A DNA stretch of 63,477 nt, counting the filler, from Octopus bimaculoides (taxonomy: Eukaryota), in assembly GCF_001194135.2 (NCBI RefSeq). It is 5 parts of 4 records of this genome, joined end to end, with 100 filler letters (N's around TTAATTAATTAA, not from the genome) between each part and the next. Parts side by side here need not be neighbours in the genome. Positions count along the whole stretch, not along the records: positions 39,153 to 55,145 come from NC_068985.1; positions 55,246 to 62,003 come from NC_068981.1; positions 62,104 to 63,477 come from NW_026342987.1; 2 more parts are not named here. One strand, 5' to 3'. Made by a program: the position numbers and the translations under genes. Numbering within the stretch: the stretch's first letter is position 1; each line of letters begins with the position of its first letter. Below, piece after piece: positions 53,286-63,477 of the stretch. The notes beneath the pieces are model-generated. The model was not told the DNA's origin. It did no database searches and worked only from the letters and a program-made list of their open reading frames with translations.

Positions 53286-53753
53286 TACCGTAAATCCTCG
53301 AGTATAGTCCGCCCTTAAGTATAATACGCAGGGGATTTTTAGGGGGCTGTACCTCTGAAAAACCTAAACCTTGTGTATAATACGCATCCCTTCTCTAACG
53401 TGAGTCAAGGAGGTCTATATAACATCCTTGGTTTGTAAACATATGTACGGTAATGTCCTTTATTATTATTGTATATATAACATAATGCAAACGTGTAGCT
53501 TTATTGTGCACTTTGTTAGCAGAAAATAAAGAAATAACAGTAATAACGTCAGTGAAAAATAAATATAGCTTAAGATATTTTCACCCCGACATCACAAAAT
53601 GCATCTGAATGAACATTGCCGGACAGCAAATAGAGACTCGGACATTGCTTGGAAAATATTTTTCATTTTTAACCTCGTATATAGTACGCACTAGGGATTT
53701 TGACCTTTAAATCTTGGGATAAAAATGCGGATTATACTCAAGGATTTATGGTA
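53286..53753. mobile_element. TA-target MITE (Tc1/pogo/Tigger-type) in the intron upstream of the FLAD1 GGVGPTHDD exon
   Basis: TIRs taccgtaaatcctcgagtata and tatactcaaggatttatggta; TA at both ends; no ORF. Confidence 0.82.
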
Positions 53754-53769
53754 TGCTCACAAACACATG

Positions 53770-53940
53770 TACTGAGATGGCTACGTGGTTAAGAAGTTTG
53801 TTTCCCAACTATATGGTATCAGGTTCAGTCCCAGCATGTGGTACCTTGGGCAAGTGTCTTATACTATAGCCCCAGGCTGACTGAAGCTTTGTGTGTGGAT
53901 TCAGGAGATGGAAACTGAAAGAAGCTTATCCATCATGTAT
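53770..53940 (+). mobile_element. SINE family 1, 5' half
   Basis: Head plus core. Confidence 0.8.
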
Positions 53941-54796
53941 ATGTGTGTGTTGATAGGTGCGCATGTTTGCATGTTTTTCTGTGTATGTGTGTGTATACGC
54001 TTGCTGGAGTGTGTATGCGTGTGTGCACGTGTATTTGAAATTTTTGCTTTGGTGTCACGTGGTAGTTATAAATAAACATCACCATCATACAAACACATCA
54101 TATAAATAGTGTCCTTTGTTTTCAATCTTACCGAGAAACATGTCTGGCTATGCAGAAATACTACCTTGCTTGGAAATGGATGCAGGTTGGCAACTGGAAG
54201 AGCATCCAGCCAGAGAAAATCTGCCCCAACAAATTCCATTTGGCATATGCAAGTATGGAAAAGTGAATGCTATGACGATGATGATGACAAAAGGGCCACA
54301 CAGAGAGGGACTGAACTCAAAACCTCAAGGTGGTGACAAGAATTTATTAACCACACAACCAATCCTGTACCTTTTAAGAAATCATTCTTTTTAGGATGGT
54401 GAAATCACACCTGCAAAAAATGCTTTGCAGCATTTCGTATGTCTTTACATCCCGAGTTCAAATTCCACCAAGGTCGACTTTACCTTTCATCTTTCAGGGT
54501 CAATAAATTAAATACCAGTCAAGCACTGGGGTCGATGGAATTGACTTGCTCTTTCCCCAAAAATTGCTGGCCTTGTGCCAAAATTTGAAATTGCTGTTGT
54601 TGTTGTTATTATTATTGTTATCGTTGTCGTCGTCGTTGTTGTTGTTGTTATTAGCATTATTATTATTATTATTATTATTATCATCATCATCAAGGTAGCG
54701 AGCTGGATGAAATGCTTAGCGGTATTTCACCCATTTTATTGTATATATTGTTATATTCTGAGTTCAAATTCTGCCAAGGGTTAACAAATAATTAAT

Positions 54797-55145
54797 TTAA
54801 CCCTTTTGCTATCAACCTGGCTAAAACTGCTTCTGGCTCTGTAGTACAAATGTCTTGTTTCCATAAGTTTTGAATTAAAATCTTTCACCAAACCTTAGTC
54901 AAAATTGATGTTTCTAACACCAGCTTAATGATAACTAAGTTAATCTACTGAATTCTTTGTTATATTTAAAAGTAATTGAAAGAAACACAGAGCATCTCAA
55001 AATAGATGCAGTAACAAAAGGGTTAACAAATGATTAATTTAATCCTTTCGATACCAACCTGACTAAAACTGCTTCTGGCTCTGTAGTACAAATGTCTTGT
55101 TTCCATAAGTTTTGAATTAAAATCTTTCACCAAACCTTAGTCAAA
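54797..55145. mobile_element. piggyBac-type MITE family A plus partial tandem copy
   Basis: TTAA-CCCTTT...AAAGGG-TTAA (54797-55026); about 105 bp are repeated again up to the N gap. Confidence 0.8.
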
Positions 55146-55289
55146 NNNNNNNNNNNNNNNNNNNNNNNNNNNNNNNNNNNNNNNNNNNNTTAATTAATTA
55201 ANNNNNNNNNNNNNNNNNNNNNNNNNNNNNNNNNNNNNNNNNNNNTTAAAGTAGAAAACAGGAAATTTCTTTGGTATAATTTATTCCTT

Positions 55290-55580
55290 ATAAAGTGGCA
55301 TTTCGTCCGTCTTTAAGTTTTGAGATCAAATTCCACCGAGGTCAACTTACCTTTAATCTTTTCGTGGTCAATAAGATCGTAGCACTCCGTCGGTTACGAC
55401 GACGAGGGTTTCAGTTGATCCAATCAACGGAACAGCCTGCTCGTGAAATTAACGTGCAAGTGGCTGAGCACTCCACGGACACGTGTACCCTTAACGTAGT
55501 TCTCAGGGATATTCAGCGTGACACAGTGTGACAAGGCTGACCCTTTGAATTACAGGCACAACAGAAACAGGAAGAAAGAA
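55290..55580 (+). mobile_element. SINE family 2 fragment followed by another SINE-like element (also at about 43700-43900)
   Basis: gcactccgtcggttacgacgacgaggg...gtgacaaggctgaccctttgaattacagg is shared with a CpG-decayed copy at about 43700. Confidence 0.75.
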
Positions 55581-55949
55581 TATAAGCAAAAATAGAGCTA
55601 AAAAACTACAGAAGACTTGTGCTATATGGTTAAAGAATATATCTAAATCGTTATGTTAGAAAAATGTCATAAAATTTTGTGCGTAGTGACATTGTTTTAG
55701 GAGAAATAACCGGTTTCGCATTTTCTTTTCAAATTTCTCAAAGAAAATTTGAAAAGAAAATGCAAAACCGGTTATATATGTTTATAGCTATATACATATA
55801 TCAATGCACATACATATATAGGTTCACACATATGTAGATGAGTAGCACAAGATGTTGATTTAGGGAATCGGTCAGCTATCATAGAAAGTTCCTCTTAAGG
55901 ACACGGCTATCAGTCCACATAGTATCTAATTAGAAAGAAGTGTAATGTA

Positions 55950-56330
55950 GAGAGTCCTTGTAACCGGAACTCGTGGAGATCCGATCGATGAAGATATTTC
56001 ATGAAGAGTATATAAAACCATAAAGCCAGTCAGCATGAAAGGTAAATACATATTTATTTGATCACGTGACTTCCATCAGATTTCGGCCGTTTTGCACCTT
56101 TTTCATGTAGTTTTAATTCACTACGGAAGAAATTATTTTTAGAGTTGATTTGTTGGTTTAACCATGATGTTCTGGTAATCTGATGAGCTGGCTTTCTTTC
56201 TTTGTATTACTTTGTGAATATACAATTGTTTTGTTTAATGCTGAGAAACCTGCACGCATACTCTAAGTAATACTACATGAAGAAGGTTGCGAAACGGTTG
56301 TAATTCTATGGAAGTCACGTGGCTACACAT
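55950..56330. promoter_or_regulatory. Possible promoter-like segment upstream of FLAD1 with two E-boxes
   Basis: TCACGTGAC at 56062-56070 and GTCACGTGG at 56314-56322 in locally CpG-retaining unique sequence. Confidence 0.25.
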
Positions 56331-57489
56331 ACACACACATACACACACATACGCATGCGCGTGCACGCACGTGTGTGGGAGATCAATCGTAGTTGTGCGA
56401 TAGAAATTTTGACACCTTATGAAGCAAATTTAAGTTTAAAGTAAGTTCATTATTTTTCATTTATGCACATTAAATAAACCATAAATGTAGTTTACTCTTT
56501 GTATTATACACGTGTAAGTGCCTCGTCTCGTTTTGCCGTTGGTAAGTTAGGACAATTGCTGTGCTGATAACTCCTATTGATGCCGAAACACATGTCCACA
56601 ACTCTCGTTTTGTCGCAGACAATCAAAGTGTCTTTTTCTTAATGGCATGACATTTAGAGAATTCTTAATTCTTGAGATTATCTCCCTTTTTCATTTCGAG
56701 TTGGTACCAAATGCCACTAAGCAATTGTTCTACCCTTTCTGGAAGCAAAGATAGTGTCAATAATCAAAGCTCTATTTTGTATGCTATTTAATATAATCAT
56801 ATTTATGTTTGTCTAACACACACACATACAGGCATGGGTATATATACACACATATATAAATATATACACAATTGTGAACACTGTGTCAATATTATGTAAT
56901 CTTTCTCGTTACGTTTCTTTGTACGCTTCTAAGAACATTTTTGTTCACTTCGACAAAGTTAAAATGTATATGAAATTTATAGTAACAATTATAATTACTT
57001 TTTATCTGATAGTATTCTTAAAATCAATAAGTAATTTGATATTGAAATAATCATGCACGTAAAAAGACAAAGCTATGAATTTTGCTGCAACAGAACAACC
57101 TTTAAGAGTGGCGCATTAAGACGAAACGGATTTTAAAGATTAAAATTACTTATATAATAAAGCCAGTTTCAGATTCATAAAAATAGAAAATGTAAAGTAT
57201 TTGTTTCCGTGTTCTGTTCGGCCTCAGTGTACGTACACGTATCTCTAAACCTTTCTTTTGCGTAACAGATAAACGTTGTTTGAAGAATAACAGATAACAC
57301 AGAATTTTTAATAGAAATAATGTTAAGTTTAGCCCTGGTTGTAAAAATGCTTTTGTAATAGAAATAGCAAACATGAATTGGAAACGCCTTACGGAAATTT
57401 TTACATCTACTACTCTTCAATCATGTAACTATCTTCATCCCGTAAAATTGATCTTTAAATGAGTTGACTTTCGAAATCGACATTTTACC

Positions 57490-57770
57490 ATGCAAAAGTA
57501 TTTACATCTGATAAGACAGTATTCAAAGATTATATATTGTGTAACTGAAAATACATTTAAAAGACGATTTAATCAGCATGTACATTCTTTTAAAAATCGG
57601 GAAAGCTACTTGGACAATACTTTATCAAAATACATGCGATCTTAGAAAAGTAATAGTATTAAGAAATAAAAAATGATTTGGAATATATTACATGTCAAGT
57701 ATTATAAAACTGAGTAATGAAGGTTGCGTTGTTTGCTTCTCTGAGAAAATGAAAATATAGTTTTATAAAA
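57490..57770 (+). mobile_element. Penelope-like GIY-YIG endonuclease remnant
   Basis: YI(G)VTENTFKRRFNQHVHSFKNRESYLDNTLSKYM, with frameshifts. Confidence 0.78.
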
Positions 57771-58149
57771 GTGTCATCTTCAGCAAAACATTTTACATTG
57801 ATTCTTTTTGTCGTTATAAATGAAAATATTTCTTAAAATATTTTGAATTACATAAGGGCTGAAACCGAGCAGATTCGTAAATTATTTTGTGTTACCTGAA
57901 ACGATTAAAATATTTCTCTAGATAACGTAAATAAAATTACATTAGTTTTTTTTTTTATTCATGTAATAAAAAGATAAATGTGCAAACAGTAGATAATTCT
58001 ATACAATAATGTTCTGACTACATCAAATAGCTTTCTATTGTAATTAAGCTTTTTTTTTTTTTAAATTACTTTTGTAGTCTATACCATGTAAAAAATTAAA
58101 ATTGTTATATTACTTAGATAAAGTTAAATATGTGTCGGCCAAAGGTGGC

Positions 58150-58570
58150 ACAGGCCACGTCTAAGTTAGTAACATCACCTGATAGAACCTGTTGAGTTAT
58201 TTAAAGACACGTTTTGTGGTATCATCGCCCATTGTTGCTGACTGATATATATCTAGGTATAGTTGGCTTATCTGGTATCCCTTGAAGAAATTTGTCCAGG
58301 TTTCGTTTGAAGGTGATGAGATCGTTTTTATTCTTTGAATTGTTTGGGGGCAATATTAAATAGAACAGCGCCTGTTGCGGAGAGGAAATTGTGTTGCAAT
58401 GAATTTATGTGCTGTGAGCCTGAATTGTACAGGGGACGCATGTGGCACGGAGCTCCAGCCTTGGATGAATTTTGAATCTGATGTTAAGGTCGTTTGAGCA
58501 ATGTTGATGGTATGCCTCTATATGGTGTAAAAATGTTGCGCACCCAACAGCGTTGGAGAGACTTAAGTAT
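58150..58570 (-). mobile_element. CR1/L2-type LINE 3' remnant
   Basis: Minus strand: HNFLSATGAVLFNIAPKQ...LITFKRNLDKFLQGIPDKPT. Confidence 0.7.
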
Positions 58571-59505
58571 CAAAGTTTTATAATATTGACCCTGGAGAAT
58601 CAGTAAAACGCAAAACTAATGGTTGTAGTGTATACCATTTCAATTTAATGCAAAACTTATTTCCTATTTTACAGCTCTGTACATTTCTAGTTTGATTACT
58701 TCACACTGCTGGATATTTCACTCAATTGTGTTTTTCCTTCCTTCACACGGGCACACATACACATATATACAGATGCATGCATACACACATATATACATAT
58801 ATATGTATATACATATATATATATAGGTCTACACACATAGGTATACACACATAGGCATACACATAAATACACAATCATATATGAAGAAGCGTCTTCTAAA
58901 AAGTTATTATTTAAAAATCTTTGGAAAAACAGAATTCTATGAACCTTTGGAAAAGAAATTCTCGTAAGTGCTTTCGTTGTTCAGCTTTTCAAACACACGT
59001 GTTCTGGGCTAATCCGTATAGAAGAAGTTGTTTTTCGTAAAGGCGTTGATTATTTCCGGTTTAGTTTTGGATTTAGAATTCTTATAAACATTCCTCTTGT
59101 GCCTTTCGTAGTTGATCCTATACATTTACTTTCTACTTGCACAAATGTCTAATCGAATCCTTAATTTATTGTTTGTGCATTCTCACATGTCTGATTAAAT
59201 TTGATCTTGTTTCTCCTATATAATTCTCATTGCATTATAGGCATGTGATGCACCAGATGGGATTTCTTTTAGTTTTGCAATTAATGTTTGCATTCACCTT
59301 CAGTTCCTTCCATCCCTGAATTTTTTGGTTGTTTCTTCAATTATTTTATACATTCAATTATTTCACACTTTGAAAAAAATTGAACAACGAAACAGCTTGC
59401 ACACAATAAGAAAACTTCTTTCCAAAGGTTCGTGTCATTCAATTAAGAAAACTTAGAAAATCGCTCTTTAAATATTGTGACTTCATCAAGTAGTTTTGGA
59501 CACGC

Positions 59506-59510
59506 ACGCA

Positions 59511-59579
<69 letters not shown>

Positions 59580-59660
59580 CCATCCATCCGTCCATCCATC
59601 CATCCATCCATCCATCTATCCATCCATCCGTCCATCCATCCATCCATCTATCCATCCATC
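59506..59660. repeat. Compound (CA)n-(TCCA)n microsatellite
   Basis: Read directly from the sequence. Confidence 0.97.
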
Positions 59661-60639
59661 CATATCGTGGGTTCGATTCCCAGACTGGGTGTTACATTGT
59701 GTTCCTGACTAAGGCACTTCATTTCACGTCGCTCTGTGATCATTTCGACATCTGACATGTGGCACCCAGTTGCACCTGTACAGGTAATGACGATTTGATG
59801 GAGGGAGTGAGCTTATGTCTACACAAACATTTGATCACTATAAACAAATCGTCTGTATAAAAGAATAAAGAAAATTACATATACAACAAAACCACCATAA
59901 ACCAAGAAACCAGTAACTCTAGCGAAAATTAACCATACAAGAACTAAAATTTCAATGAAGGATAATTCAGAAGCACGAGAAGAGAAGTTGCAAAAGGTTT
60001 ACAGTCTACAAGCACAACAAATGTGTACATCCCCTCTTCAGCTGCTCACCAGGTATCTTCATGGTTTCGACACCTGTGCAGTATAATTCCATCTAGTGGT
60101 ATCAACAGCGTTAGAAACGTAAACACTGCCTTGGAATTAATTGAGAACAAGCAGAAAGAAGAAATTAGCGTAATGTGTCCATTACATGTACTCCAGCTTA
60201 TTGTTTTAAACACAAGCATCAAATTTCAAGCATTAATCGTTTTATACATAGCGTTACGAAGCATAGAAGTTACACAATAAGATATAGAAAACAGAGAAAT
60301 ATCACCGAAAACGGACAAACGGACATTGCCACCCTAAGAACTGAAAAAACCCCCATAAAACATTTAAGATGAACCAAAAGTATTGATCAGAAGTTATTGA
60401 ATATAATCGAAAACAAACGCTGCACATACATGAAAGAGAAAATAATAATGACCTAAGGAATAATTAAGCTAGGACTGTAAACAGATAGATTACTTTGAGA
60501 ACAGAAACAAATAGATATTGCTACCTAACTCTCAATAGCACATATCTAAAACACGAAAACATAATTAAAACGAACCAAACGTAAACTAACGCAATAACAT
60601 ATCACTCGAACTATCAGAATTAAAATGCAGAGAAAGAAC

Positions 60640-60950
60640 AATCGGGGAAAAAATTTGTACGAAGAAGAACGCAGTAAAAGTTTAATGCTTGAGAAGAGAG
60701 AATGGAATGTTTTGAAGTTTCAGACGTTTTAATGTTATGGGGTCTTTTTTCTTCTTTGATTTCTTTCGGAATTATGTTGAATAAGGCTGGACCAATTGGG
60801 GGTAAAAGCATTCATTGAATTTTTCTATGTAAAAATTATTTCTCTGGACTTTTGGGTGCATAGTCCTTTTCACTATATTCTGTCGTTCTGTCACGGATAA
60901 ATTGTGTGGAATCATCTTTATACGGCTTGCATAGGGACTATTTAGAAACC
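60640..60950 (-). mobile_element. CR1/L2-type LINE 3' remnant
   Basis: Minus strand: PIGPALFNIIPKEIKEEK. Confidence 0.6.
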
Positions 60951-61077
60951 TTATTGTATTATTTGTTCCAATGCAAAAGTTACTTGTCTAGGAGAGAGAG
61001 TTAGAGAGTTTGTGTGTGTGTGTGAGAGAGAGAGAGAGATTGGTATATATATATATATATATATATANNNNNNNNNN

Positions 61078-61129
<52 letters not shown>

Positions 61130-61151
61130 GGATTTTAAAAGTGGTCTGAAA

Positions 61152-61166
61152 ATGGCTGCCAAAACT
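61152..61166 (+). CDS. Candidate first coding exon (MAAKT)
   Basis: gaaaATGGCTGCCAAAACT|gtaagt has a good Kozak context, a YY1-like AAAATGGCTGCC motif and a consensus donor; it lies just downstream of a (GA)n tract. Confidence 0.3.
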
Positions 61167-61699
61167 GTAAGTGTAATATATTTTCATGGAGCCATTAGCC
61201 ATAAATACAATCTTCCGATTCTTGGAGACTACAAAAAGATTTCACCAACTGACATTGTCCGAGTGCATTTTTTAATGTTTTAGCTGTTTTTGCTTCTTTC
61301 ACTCCCTTCTATTTATTTATTTTTTTCTTTTACATAAGTGCCATTATCTACCTTCTTCACAATCTGTCATGGCGTACCAACATTAAACAGACGTTTAACC
61401 TTAATAAATAAGTAAATAAATATCTGTGGGCGTGCTGTGAATTCTGCATTCTTTGGGTGTGTCTTTTGTCGAATATAGAGGACGTCTCGAAGACAGACAT
61501 TTGTATTTCTAAACTAACAGAGTCGCTGCTTCGCGAGGGAGTTGAAAGGATTCAACTGACCCTTAAGATGTCAGCGAACCCCAAACAAAGGTCATCACCT
61601 CCTTAACCAGCTACAACTGGTACCAAGACACTATAGAAAGATTAAGTACCATAAGTGGAGAGTAAGAGGTTTTTTGTTGACCTGCTCAACATGGCGTCA

Positions 61700-61925
61700 T
61701 AGTCTTGTGATTGACATAGTTATGGCTGATATTCTTGCTACTGTAGTTGTTGTTGTTGTTGTTGTAGTTGTTGTTGTTGTTGTTGTAGTTGTTGTTGTAA
61801 CGCTCTAGATGGCATTATGGCATTGTCACATTTATAATATAACATGTTGTTGTTGTTGTTGTTCTTATGTTGTGGGGACAGTTTTGCGTTCCAGTTGGAA
61901 CCATGTTCCTAAATGTTATTATTAC

Positions 61926-61989
<64 letters not shown>

Positions 61990-62003
61990 GTTGTTGTTGT
62001 TGT
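61700..62003. repeat. Compound (TTG)n/(TAT)n microsatellite field
   Basis: Read directly from the sequence; runs into a gap. Confidence 0.95.
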
Positions 62004-62261
62004 NNNNNNNNNNNNNNNNNNNNNNNNNNNNNNNNNNNNNNNNNNNNTTAATTAATTAANNNNNNNNNNNNNNNNNNNNNNNNNNNNNNNNNNNNNNNNN
62101 NNNTTTGTCAAATTTTGTGCATGCCAATTTATATTTCTTGCAATAATTTTTCTATTTGACTTGTCACATTGTTGTACCATATCTAGTTGGTTGTGATCAG
62201 TTGCCATCCTTGCTCCTTCTTGTGCCTGCTCCAATTATTCTGTTTTCGCACTGCCGCACTC

Positions 62262-62590
62262 AGGGGGAGCCCTTGTAGCAGCACCATATTAGGTGAGATC
62301 TCGTGGCAGCCATTGCTATCTCCGAGACTGGAGCGAGACCTCACCTGCATCCATTTGCCATGCGCGAGCTCACAACGAGGCTCGCGATGGCAAACTATAT
62401 AAAAAGGAAGAAGCCACAAGGTTCGATCTTTTCTCTTTTACCTGCACTGCTCGCAGAGCACACTTCACTGGCTGAGCCTCTTGGCTAGTCCGCTTGTCGC
62501 ATCTCCTGAGGCAATGGGTCGCGTAACGGAGAACGATGAATTCATACCACATGAGATGGCTGCAAAAAAGCAACATACCACACCTTTGTA
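62262..62590 (+). mobile_element. Possible LTR preceded by a polypurine tract
   Basis: agggggagccct|TGTAGC... followed by a TATA-like ctatataaaa; right end not defined. Confidence 0.35.
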
Positions 62591-63000
62591 TATATTGTAA
62601 ATAAAACTAATGGAGAACCTACGTTTTGCCTAATACTTCTTTACTTGACTGGTCCAGCCTTAGCAACACAAAGAATAAGAAATTAATGAGAGAAAGGCGA
62701 TATTCCACCGATATCCAGAACCTTGCCTCCCATTATATATTAACAATGATTATAACAATAATTTTGTTAGATACACAAATAGTCCTGCAGTTCTTTGTTT
62801 TGCAACTGTAAAATGAAAAAAATAAAAACTGCTAAAAAAAGAAAATGTTGGTGTGAGTATATTTAACAAGCCAATGAACTTTTCTGCTATTTTGGTCACT
62901 CTGTGTGAGATGTAACAGTGTTGCTGGGGAATGCGTTATTTTCTTGTTTGGATTGTTCAGGTGTGGCAGATGAGGAAGAAGACTGTTGTGGTAAGGGTAT

Positions 63001-63477
63001 TCATTCGACAAAAGGTTTCTTAAGTCTATCAATACTGACAGTTTCTTGTCTTCCTTGTATATCTAGGAGCATATATTTTTACTTAGCTTTGAGAAAGCGA
63101 TACGGATCGGAATAAACAGTGTCAAAGGATGCTTAACGGCATCATTCCGCACAAAAACGTGAGTCCATGTGTTTGTGTCAGATAGAACTAAAATTTTAAT
63201 CGACTGCAGTCTTGCAGTTAACGGAGATAATTTCGCCAGGTAACTTCACAATCGATGAATACTGCAGGCAAGATTATGCTGTTGATCAGTTGTAGCGACT
63301 GCCACCTAACTAGCTATTTTAAGTACCGAACCATACAGTATATCAGCTGGGTAGTAACCAAGGTTTTCCTTAATAGTGGTACGTAAACCTAGTAACACAA
63401 TAGACAAGGCTTCTAACCATCTATAGGAAGTGGGTTATACATCTTTAGATTGTATACCTGACTTCCTACTATAAAAT
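63001..63477 (-). mobile_element. Gypsy LTR retrotransposon integrase C-terminal remnant
   Basis: WLEALSIVLLGLRTTIKENLGYYPADILYG and THVFVRNDAVKHPL...LDIQGRQETVSIDRLK are typical Gypsy integrase tail motifs; internal stops present. Confidence 0.85.

Noticed and set aside
54797-55145. Near-identical ~80-bp duplication as a novel tandem element
   Set aside because: It is a MITE copy repeated up to a gap edge; likely a haplotype or assembly overlap, or ordinary tandem insertion.
58300-58340. GDEI codons resembling the missing FLAD1 GDEIL motif
   Set aside because: Wrong strand and wrong context; the region is a minus-strand LINE 3' remnant.
1-63477. CRISPR arrays, rRNA genes, prokaryotic operons or viral genes
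   Set aside because: None seen. The sequence is eukaryotic with spliceosomal introns, and the regularly spaced repeats are microsatellites or TE-derived.

Overview
AT-rich, repeat-dense animal genomic scaffold. The SINE/LINE families, microsatellites and gap style are most consistent with a coleoid cephalopod (Octopus-like) draft assembly; this species assignment is inference. The only gene I can identify is FLAD1 (FAD synthase) on the minus strand: four spliced, phase-consistent exons at 53227-53104, 51889-51777, 49270-49130 and 45644-45499 encode about 174 aa of the N-terminal molybdopterin-binding-like (COG1058, FAD hydrolase) region. I could not find its first exon(s) or any exon for the C-terminal PAPS-reductase (FAD synthase) domain. 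A possible unidentified plus-strand gene with very small exons may span 3.6-39 kb (low confidence). Most of the remaining sequence is transposon debris: RTE, Tx1/L1-like, CR1/L2-like and R4/Dong-like LINEs, Penelope-like GIY-YIG fragments, a Gypsy integrase remnant, a Tc1/mariner fragment, TTAA- and TA-target MITEs, and many tRNA-headed SINEs. The most notable unexplained structures are a 180-bp-arm palindrome (19884-20257), a 117-bp-arm inverted repeat (14125-14667) and a near-intact minimal hammerhead ribozyme motif (13225-13264, minus). Almost all ORFs in the supplied track are spurious (microsatellite, SINE or N-gap read-through).
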